A stretch of 26,337 bases of DNA from an uncultured Fibrobacterales bacterium (GTDB taxonomy: Bacteria; Fibrobacterota; Fibrobacteria; Fibrobacterales; CAWVXU01): positions 1 through 26,337 of the forward strand of contig CAWVXU010000032.1 in NCBI GenBank assembly GCA_963934255.1, in the 5' to 3' direction. The notes beneath the pieces are model-generated. The model was given only the letters and a program-made list of their open reading frames with translations. It had not been told where the DNA came from and ran no database searches. Positions 19,020-26,337 of this stretch are shown one piece after another (the first letter of the stretch is position 1; each line of letters starts with the position of its first letter). The position numbers were made by a program, and so were the translations under genes.

Positions 19020-22000
19020 ATGAAAAAGATTAATACTAATGACATGAGCTCTAAGCTCATGTCTATTCTGTTGTTATTACTCGCATTGAGTTTTAGTACA
19101 TACGCTCAATCAGAGAAAGCGTGTGAAAAGAAAAAAGATAAACTTTCTGATTTAAAAGACCAGTGTCTTTCGTATAAAAAAGAAGGTAAAATCAGTAAAG
19201 CAAAAAAATGTGTAAAAACATACAAAACTGGTGTAGCCAAATTTAAAATTGCATGTCAAGACCAAGGTCTTAATAAACAAGCAAAGCAATGGAAAGATTA
19301 CACAAATAATAACTGTAAAACTAAAACGTCAAGTCGTTGTGCAAATGCCTACAAAAAGCTTGGTACAATTTTATACAAAAAATCAAATCAAGATAATATT
19401 GTTTGTGAAGATAAATATGAAGAAAAATATCAAAAATGGTTAGATCGAGATAAAAGAGGCAAGGAACCTACTGGTTGTAAAAAGAATTTTGCACAAGCAC
19501 TACGTGCATTCAAAACATATTTAGAACAATATCCGAAACAAAAATCATACCCAAATGTATTGATGCAAACATCATTTATATACGTGACACTTCAGCAAGA
19601 AGATCGTTCTTATGTATTGTGGAAAAAACTTGTAGATGAATACAGTGGCTCTTCATTGGTACCTCAAGCACGTCTTCGTATGGGCGAGTACTTTTACAAT
19701 GAACGTAAATATCGCGATGCAATTAAAGAGTATAAAATCGTAATTAGTATGGCTGATCAACTTCGTGGTAAAGAACAAGCTATGGCAATCTATCATATGG
19801 CTGAATCACAAAACAATATTGGTGATTATGAAGAATCTGCCAAAACGTTTTTTGAATATGTAACCGGTTCTGATGAAGGAAAATATCCAAATGACTTCCG
19901 TCCTGAAGCGCTTATATACATGGCTGGTTCATTTGCTGACCTTGACGATGGTATTGACAGGGCTATGGACTACCTTGGAAGTAAAGAAGTGACTTTTAAA
20001 GACACACTTTTCTTCGAAATTGGTATGAAAAATATGGATCGTGACCGTCTTGAAGAGGCAGCATATTCATTTACTCGATTATTAGAGTATAACTCAAACT
20101 ATGTTGATGCACCAATTGCTCATGTTAAACTTCTTACAATTCTTGATGAGAAGAAAGAGGTTGAAAAGGCACAGGAGCAACGTTTAAAAGTTGTAAAGCT
20201 ATATTCGACTGAATCTGATTGGTATCTTAAGAACTCTGGAAATCAAGACGCTATAAAAAGTTCCAAAAAGGCTATTCGTGATGCCTATTTTGATATCCCT
20301 GCGTACTATCATAGAAAAGCAAATAAATTGGATAAAGACGGTGATACTGAATCAGCTGGCAAAGAATATGACCAAGCGATTGTTTCTTATAACGATTTCT
20401 TAAAAGCATATCCTGAACCTTCTTGGGATCATTATAGAACCCATGAATTCATGGCTGCAGTGCACTTAGCGCGTAAAAGATTTATTAGGGCTGCTGACGA
20501 GTTTAACTGGATGGATGATTCTGATACCACCAAATATGGTCGTAAACCCAAAGGCTATCCTACTGTTTTGAGTAAAGCTGAAGCTGGTTATAACGCTGTT
20601 ATAGCGATGGACAAGGGTCGCGAAAAAGCACTCGCTGCTGCAAATGGCGACTATGTAAAGTCATATAATGCTAAAGGCACTCAGCGTTATTTGCAACAAG
20701 TTGAACGCTACATGAAGCGCTATGGTACCGACCCTAAAAATAAAGAAGCCGCTGAACTTGCGTATAATGCTGCACTGGTCCACTATAATGCTGAAAAATA
20801 CCAAACGGCTGTTACTGTCCTTAAGAAAGTTAAAGTGGTTTATCCTAATCACAAATACAAAAAAGAAATTTCTGGCAACCTAGCAAGGGCATACACTCAA
20901 GCAGGACAACTTCAAGAAGCAGAAAACGAATATGAATTTCTCTTAAAAACCTATTACTCTAACCCTAAAGACACAATGAATGTCGCAATACTTCGGTCAA
21001 TTGCAGCAGTTAAGTTCCAAAAGGCAGAGAAACTTGTTAAAGATGGTCAATTCGAAAAAGGTGCTAAAGCATATCTTGCTTTAAGAGAGCGCTTCCCAAA
21101 TTACTCATTCTCTGATAAAGCTTTGTTTGAAGGTGGCGCTGCATACGAAAAAGCAAAAATGTATAAGAAAGCTGCGGAAGTATTTATGCTTATGCCTCGC
21201 TACTATGCATCATCGCCCTTAACAGTAAAAGCGATATTAAAATCTGCAGCAATGCATCAAAAAGCAAAAGATTGGGATCAAGCAGCGAGTACCTTCCTAT
21301 TTATTACTGATAAGTTCCCTAAAGATTCAATGGCTTTCAAAGCTATCGGTTTTGCTGCTTCTTCTTATGATTCAATTCCAGATAAAGCTGCTGTCGCTCG
21401 CACCTATGAAATTGCACTTGATAGATATCCTAAAAATCCAGAAACGCCTTCATTCCTTTATTCTGCTTGTCTAAGTTATGAGCAAGGTAAAATGACTGAG
21501 GAAGCTATTGATTGTAATAAGAAGCTTGTGAAAGTCTTCCCTAAATCGTCATATGCTATAGATGCGGCTTACTCAATTGGTTTTGCATACGAAACTGGTA
21601 AGCAATGGAAACAAGCAGCTAAAGCCTATGTTGTATTTGCTAATACCTACGATACGGATGGTGGAAAAGTTATTAAAGCTCGTTTTTCTGCAGCCAAGTC
21701 ATTCCATAAAATTGGTGATTTAAAATCTGCAAAAGTTCAGTGGAATGAAACTAAAAAAGCATATGAGAAACATGGTCTTAAGTTAGGTGCTGACCCTGCT
21801 ATTCCTTCGGAAGCTGCATTTAGACTTGGTGAGTATGTTCGTGGCGATATGGAAAACGTGAATCTAAAAGGTTCTGAAAAAGCGGTAGGAAAAACTCTTA
21901 AAGCTTTGACTGCAAATCTTCAGGTTGCAGTTCAACATTTCGCAAAGTCCGCAACATATAACTCTGAGAAATGGACGTTCAAAGCAACAAATGAAATGGG

Positions 22001-22775
22001 CAAACTATTTGTACTTGTTGCTAAGAAAATTCGTGAACAAGAGATTGGTGGTTCAATAGAGGAAGTTTTTGTCAAGCGTATATCGATTGTACAGCAACTC
22101 CCAACTTGGTATGAACAAGCAATCCCCCTTCTAGAGAAAAACATACAAATTGCTCGTGAGCAAGGTTACTACAACCAAGATGTAATTCAGGCGGAGGAAG
22201 CCTATGTTGAAATGTTCTATCAATCTGCTGCTGTTTTTGATGAAGTTGCTGATGCATTTAGAAACGCTCCAGTGCCTGATATTTCTTCCGAAGATCCAGA
22301 GGCTATCCGCTTTGAACTTATGGACAACTTTGGTTATTCTGAAGAAGAAATTGGTGATGATCCACTTGGGGCTTGGACTGCTAAATACAAAGCAGACCTT
22401 GATGCTAAAGCTGACAATGCTGGTGAAGCTGGTATTCCTAAACATGCCGTTTGTATCGAGGCTTCTGTTCATTATAAAATCAAAAATCAATGGACAACTA
22501 AGTGTCAAGAACGTCTTGCTGCTTTAGATGATGAACATCCGGCTAACAAATTAACTTGGGAAAAAATTGACCCAAGTAAATTATTTCAAGACAAAATCTA
22601 TTTCAAGTCTAAAACACGTATAGAACAAATTTTCTCATCTACAGCGATGTCTGATTCTGAGAAGGTAGCTACTTTGAAAAAGATTACCGTTGATGCTGAA
22701 AAGCTATCTCCTGGCCTTTCTGCTGAAGTTAAAGCTCTACGTGCTAAGCTTGCTCCGGTATCGACTGCGAAATAA
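19020..22775 (+). CDS. Large periplasmic TPR protein, GltD/AgmU-like
   Basis: Signal peptide (TYA-Q), an N-terminal domain with 8 Cys, many TPRs with YP/FP-x-S turns, and a C-terminal module resembling GltD. Start may be GTG 19005, ATG 19020 or later. Confidence 0.8.
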   Translation: MKKINTNDMSSKLMSILLLLLALSFSTYAQSEKACEKKKDKLSDLKDQCLSYKKEGKISKAKKCVKTYKTGVAKFKIACQDQGLNKQAKQWKDYTNNNCKTKTSSRCANAYKKLGTILYKKSNQDNIVCEDKYEEKYQKWLDRDKRGKEPTGCKKNFAQALRAFKTYLEQYPKQKSYPNVLMQTSFIYVTLQQEDRSYVLWKKLVDEYSGSSLVPQARLRMGEYFYNERKYRDAIKEYKIVISMADQLRGKEQAMAIYHMAESQNNIGDYEESAKTFFEYVTGSDEGKYPNDFRPEALIYMAGSFADLDDGIDRAMDYLGSKEVTFKDTLFFEIGMKNMDRDRLEEAAYSFTRLLEYNSNYVDAPIAHVKLLTILDEKKEVEKAQEQRLKVVKLYSTESDWYLKNSGNQDAIKSSKKAIRDAYFDIPAYYHRKANKLDKDGDTESAGKEYDQAIVSYNDFLKAYPEPSWDHYRTHEFMAAVHLARKRFIRAADEFNWMDDSDTTKYGRKPKGYPTVLSKAEAGYNAVIAMDKGREKALAAANGDYVKSYNAKGTQRYLQQVERYMKRYGTDPKNKEAAELAYNAALVHYNAEKYQTAVTVLKKVKVVYPNHKYKKEISGNLARAYTQAGQLQEAENEYEFLLKTYYSNPKDTMNVAILRSIAAVKFQKAEKLVKDGQFEKGAKAYLALRERFPNYSFSDKALFEGGAAYEKAKMYKKAAEVFMLMPRYYASSPLTVKAILKSAAMHQKAKDWDQAASTFLFITDKFPKDSMAFKAIGFAASSYDSIPDKAAVARTYEIALDRYPKNPETPSFLYSACLSYEQGKMTEEAIDCNKKLVKVFPKSSYAIDAAYSIGFAYETGKQWKQAAKAYVVFANTYDTDGGKVIKARFSAAKSFHKIGDLKSAKVQWNETKKAYEKHGLKLGADPAIPSEAAFRLGEYVRGDMENVNLKGSEKAVGKTLKALTANLQVAVQHFAKSATYNSEKWTFKATNEMGKLFVLVAKKIREQEIGGSIEEVFVKRISIVQQLPTWYEQAIPLLEKNIQIAREQGYYNQDVIQAEEAYVEMFYQSAAVFDEVADAFRNAPVPDISSEDPEAIRFELMDNFGYSEEEIGDDPLGAWTAKYKADLDAKADNAGEAGIPKHAVCIEASVHYKIKNQWTTKCQERLAALDDEHPANKLTWEKIDPSKLFQDKIYFKSKTRIEQIFSSTAMSDSEKVATLKKITVDAEKLSPGLSAEVKALRAKLAPVSTAK

Positions 22776-22803
22776 GATAAATTCTAAATTAATATAAATT
22801 ATG

Positions 22804-22832
22804 AAGGCTATCCCAAGGGATAGCCTTTTTTT
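22804..22832 (+). terminator. Intrinsic terminator closing the envelope operon
   Basis: AAGGCTATCC-CAAG-GGATAGCCTT followed by a T tract. The next gene is convergent. Confidence 0.9.
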
Positions 22833-22838
22833 GTCTTT

Positions 22839-23366
22839 TCAATTTTCCAATTTTAGTTGTCGGTGATACTTAACTCTTACAGCCTTGAAGTAGTTATGAT
22901 AAGCACTTGATCTATAATCATGATAAGTCCAATCATACCAATGATATTCTTTGTTTTTGAAGTACAGAGTTGGATCCATGAATATACCATGGGCAATGTA
23001 TACTCTTTGTCTTTGGTCTTTTGTCGTTGCAAGAAAAAATTGACCTAGCGTGAGGTAACCGGGGTCAATGTTGACTTTTCTACTGCCATCGAACCATTCA
23101 AATTCAAGTTCATTGGTTCTTCTCTTAATCTCTACCAGTTTCTCCCTCTCGATGAGTTTCTCAAAGTCGATGAAAGTACGCCAAGGAGCCTTACCTAATT
23201 CAGCTACATAGTAATTGGTGCATTCAAAGAGTATTGGTTCCAACTGCGAATCAATCACCCCAAACTCAATTTGTAATTTTTTAACAGCGTACTCTAAACT
23301 GGCTAAATCTTCAGCAAGTAGGCCAATAATGAGCCTAACTTTATTTGGATAGCGATAATGACCCAT
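22839..23366 (-). CDS. DUF4416 family protein
   Basis: TNYYVAELG, LVEIKRRTNELE, RKVNIDPGYL, LATTK and WTYHDY motifs. Confidence 0.85.
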   Translation of the reverse strand: MGHYRYPNKVRLIIGLLAEDLASLEYAVKKLQIEFGVIDSQLEPILFECTNYYVAELGKAPWRTFIDFEKLIEREKLVEIKRRTNELEFEWFDGSRKVNIDPGYLTLGQFFLATTKDQRQRVYIAHGIFMDPTLYFKNKEYHWYDWTYHDYRSSAYHNYFKAVRVKYHRQLKLEN

Positions 23367-23430
23367 AATTTTTAAATCATAAAAGCTATCTTATAGCTTC
23401 TAAGCCTTTCAATTTAAAAATAGGATTATT

Positions 23431-24192
23431 ATGAAGTTAATTGAATTAGAAAATTATCTAATCGACCTATATGATATTAATGAGTTTAATGACTACTGCC
23501 CTAAAGGGCTCACTGTTGAGGGTAAACCCGAAGTTTTAAAAGGGATTACTGCGGTATCTTTTGGTCTTGATCTTTTAGACTATGCTATTGAGCACAAGGT
23601 AGATTTTATCGTAGTTCATCATCTACATGGATTTTGGAATAATCAGTCTAAAATCGTTCGTGGTACTTTAAAAAAGAAAATTCAAGGCCTACTAGATAAT
23701 GATATTTCTTTGTTTGGTTTTCACCTTCCGATGGATGCTCATCTAAAAATTGGAAATAACGCTGGTGTTCTTTCGGCTTTAAATGCCCATCAGGTCGGTG
23801 GCTTTCTTAAGGAGGGCAATAAAAATATTGGCCTACTTGGTAAACTTGAAAATCCGATGACGCCAGAATCTCTATTAAGTCTTTTATCTGATAAGGTTGG
23901 TCCACCAAATTTTGAGTTCATGTATGGGCCAAGTCTGATTAAGAAAATTGGTGTTTGTACTGGTGCAGCACCATCTGGAGTTGAGGAACTTGTTGCTTTA
24001 GGTGATATTGATGCATACATTACAGGCGAGGCTCGAGAGAACACTCAACAATATTGTATGGAGGAAGGTATTCATTTTATTGCCGCAGGGCACCATCAGA
24101 CCGAATGCTTTGGTCCGCAATTATTGGCTCAACACCTGACTAATAAGTTGAATCTTGAGGTTAATTTCATTAATATTCACAACCCTGTTTAA
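23431..24192 (+). CDS. Nif3-like (YbgI/DUF34) dinuclear metal-centre protein
   Basis: DYCPKGLTVEG, VHH, HLPMDAH..GNN, ITGE, AGHHQTE, C-terminal NPV. Confidence 0.93.
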   Translation: MKLIELENYLIDLYDINEFNDYCPKGLTVEGKPEVLKGITAVSFGLDLLDYAIEHKVDFIVVHHLHGFWNNQSKIVRGTLKKKIQGLLDNDISLFGFHLPMDAHLKIGNNAGVLSALNAHQVGGFLKEGNKNIGLLGKLENPMTPESLLSLLSDKVGPPNFEFMYGPSLIKKIGVCTGAAPSGVEELVALGDIDAYITGEARENTQQYCMEEGIHFIAAGHHQTECFGPQLLAQHLTNKLNLEVNFINIHNPV

Positions 24193-24222
24193 GGTTTATG
24201 CGTATATATGTATATTCGCATA
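24188..24222 (+). promoter_or_regulatory. Candidate metH promoter overlapped by a 12-2-12 inverted repeat
   Basis: TTTAAG-N17-TATATT at 24188-24216. Palindrome TATGCGTATATA-TG-TATATTCGCATA at 24197-24222. Confidence 0.5.
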
Positions 24223-24246
24223 GTTTTGGTGTAAAGAGGTAATATA

Positions 24247-25287
24247 ATGCAGAAGTCTGAACGTTGGAATTTGTTAGAGAAATGTCTCAATGACCGTATT
24301 TTAATACTAGATGGAGCAATGGGCTCCCTAATTCAAGAATATAAACTCAAAGAAGAAGATTATCGAGGTGAGAGATGGAAAGATCATCATTCATCTGTTA
24401 AAGGTAACAATGACATGTTGGTTATATCTAAGCCTAATGTGATTAAAGAGATACACGCGAAGTATCTTGATGTTGGTGTTGATTTAATTGAAACGAATAC
24501 TTTTTCAGGCACAACTGTTTCGATGGCAGACTATGGGATGGAATCAGATGTCTACGACCTCAATTTCCATGGCGCCAAAATAGCAAGAGAAGTCGCAGAT
24601 GAATATACGGAAAAAAGCCCAGATAAACCTCGTTTTGTGGTAGGTTCAATGGGGCCGACAACAAAAATAGCTTCCATGTCGCCTGATGTGAATGATCCTG
24701 GTTATAGGGATATTACTTTTGATGAGCTCGCTGTCGCCTATCAAGAACAGGTAGGGGCTCTTTTAGATGGCGGCGCTGACATTCTTTTGGTAGAAACAGT
24801 AACCGACACACTCAATTGTAAAGCTTGCCTTTTCGCCATCCAGTCTGAATTTGATAAAAGAAATTGTGAATGGCCAGTGATGGTTTCGGGGACAATTACA
24901 GATGCATCAGGAAGAACACTTTCTGGTCAAACAGCTGATGCATTTTTAGTTTCTATTTCTCACTTACCTCTATTGAGTGTTGGATTTAATTGTGCTTTAG
25001 GAGCGCGTGCGCTCAAACCACACCTTCAGGTCCTCTCAGAAAATTCTGCCTTTGCAGTAAGTGCACACCCGAATGCGGGGCTTCCTAATGAATTCGGGGC
25101 TTATGATGAAACACCTGAGATGATGGTCGACCAAATCACTGAATATCTTGATGATGGACTCGTTAATATTTTGGGTGGTTGTTGTGGGACGACTCCGAGC
25201 CATATTCAAGCCGTAGCCATTGCAGCATCGAACTATCAACCCAGAGTCCTTCCACTAAGGTCTGTATTTAGTCAGGGGTTAAAATAA
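24247..25287 (+). CDS. metH: Cobalamin-dependent methionine synthase, stand-alone homocysteine-binding module
   Basis: [34 protein letters not shown] and GGCCGT (Zn ligands). Confidence 0.95.
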   Translation: MQKSERWNLLEKCLNDRILILDGAMGSLIQEYKLKEEDYRGERWKDHHSSVKGNNDMLVISKPNVIKEIHAKYLDVGVDLIETNTFSGTTVSMADYGMESDVYDLNFHGAKIAREVADEYTEKSPDKPRFVVGSMGPTTKIASMSPDVNDPGYRDITFDELAVAYQEQVGALLDGGADILLVETVTDTLNCKACLFAIQSEFDKRNCEWPVMVSGTITDASGRTLSGQTADAFLVSISHLPLLSVGFNCALGARALKPHLQVLSENSAFAVSAHPNAGLPNEFGAYDETPEMMVDQITEYLDDGLVNILGGCCGTTPSHIQAVAIAASNYQPRVLPLRSVFSQGLK

Positions 25288-26337
25288 TGTCAAAAGGTGA
25301 AATATTTCAAGTTCCAGATTTACCTGAGTTTCTGGAACTACCAAAATTTAAACAACCCCTAGCAACAAGATCTCTTCCTGTGATGGAATTGTCTGGATTA
25401 GAACCACTTCGTGTGACTGAAGAAATGAATTTCATCAATATTGGTGAGCGTTGTAACGTGACAGGATCTAGGAAGTTTTTAAGACTTATTAAGGATAGAG
25501 AGTTTCCTGAAGCTTTAGATATAGCACGTGACCAAGTAGAAGGTGGTGCTCAGATCCTTGATGTAAATATGGATGAAGGTATGCTTGATGGTGTTGAAGC
25601 AATGAGTACCTTTTTGAATCTTATTGCATCTGAACCCGATATTTCTAGAATCCCAGTAATGATTGACTCTTCAAAATGGGAAATTATAGTAGCTGGTCTA
25701 AAAGTCGTTCAAGGTAAGGCTGTTGTAAATTCTATTTCTATTAAAAATGGTGAAAAAGAATTTATTGAACAAGCTCGATTTATTCGAAGATTTGGTGCAG
25801 CGGTTGTCGTAATGGCATTTGATGAAGATGGCCAGGCGGATTCTTTTGAACGAAGAGTTGAGATATGTGAAAGATCTTACCGTATTCTTGTGGATCAGGT
25901 CGGCTTTCCGCCTGAAGATATTATTTTTGACCCCAATGTTTTTCCAGTAGCCACTGGCCTTGAAGAACACAGCCGTAATGCTATAGATTTCTTTAGAGGT
26001 TGTCGTTGGATTCGTGAAAATCTGCCAGGTGCGCACGTTTCAGGCGGTGTTTCAAATGTCTCATTCTCCTTTAGAGGCAATAATCCTGTGCGTGAAGCAA
26101 TGCATTCCTGCTTCTTATATTATGGAGTTAAAAATGGGATGGATATGGGTATTGTTAACCCTGCCATGCTCGAAATTTACGAAGAAATTGATACTGAACT
26201 TCGTGATTGTATTGAAGATGTTCTGCTCGATCGACGTGAAGACTCAACTGATAGACTTCTTGATATTGCCGAAAAATTTATGGGTGAGGGTAAGAAACAG
26301 GTCAAAGATGAGGCTTGGAGAGAAAAGCCTATTCAAG
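25287..26337 (+). CDS. metH: Methionine synthase second polypeptide (pterin/folate-binding domain onward), runs off the window edge
   Basis: Not in the ORF track. ATG 25287 overlaps the upstream stop (TAATG). Translation contains [42 protein letters not shown] and [13 protein letters not shown], open to the edge. Confidence 0.95.
   Translation, partial: MSKGEIFQVPDLPEFLELPKFKQPLATRSLPVMELSGLEPLRVTEEMNFINIGERCNVTGSRKFLRLIKDREFPEALDIARDQVEGGAQILDVNMDEGMLDGVEAMSTFLNLIASEPDISRIPVMIDSSKWEIIVAGLKVVQGKAVVNSISIKNGEKEFIEQARFIRRFGAAVVVMAFDEDGQADSFERRVEICERSYRILVDQVGFPPEDIIFDPNVFPVATGLEEHSRNAIDFFRGCRWIRENLPGAHVSGGVSNVSFSFRGNNPVREAMHSCFLYYGVKNGMDMGIVNPAMLEIYEEIDTELRDCIEDVLLDRREDSTDRLLDIAEKFMGEGKKQVKDEAWREKPIQ

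Noticed and set aside
25261..25400. metH as a frameshifted pseudogene
   Set aside because: Both halves have intact motifs, the break is at a domain boundary, and there is translational coupling.
14490..26080. Remaining 60-125 aa alternative-frame or antisense ORFs inside cheX, the envelope operon, nif3 and metH
   Set aside because: These are frame shadows of long real genes. 25698-26036 and 25895-26080 are antisense to the second metH gene.

Overview
AT-rich bacterial chromosomal window made mostly of core genes. No mobile element, CRISPR array or prophage was seen. Gene content suggests a Gram-negative FCB-group organism, probably Fibrobacterota (inference). Left to right it holds: (-) ychF-pdxH-partial radical-SAM methylthiotransferase; a CxxCH lipoprotein; (-) TPR/transglutaminase-like lipoprotein plus a CysZ/EI24 protein; (+) gap-pgk-tpiA-secG-tRNA-Leu(GAG); psd plus two hypothetical genes; a 59-aa Hc1-like gene missed by the ORF track; and (-) an orphan cheX-cheY pair. 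Next is a 7.6-kb three-gene envelope operon bounded by a promoter and a terminator: a beta-helix/TSP3/OmpA protein, a 14-strand beta-barrel fused to TPRs, and a 1256-aa GltD/AgmU-like TPR protein. The window ends with DUF4416, Nif3 and a split metH behind a 12-2-12 palindrome. The envelope operon (15127-22832) is the best candidate for an uncharacterised system: a trans-envelope apparatus resembling the core of the myxobacterial Agl-Glt machinery. All family calls come from motif recognition by eye, not database searches.
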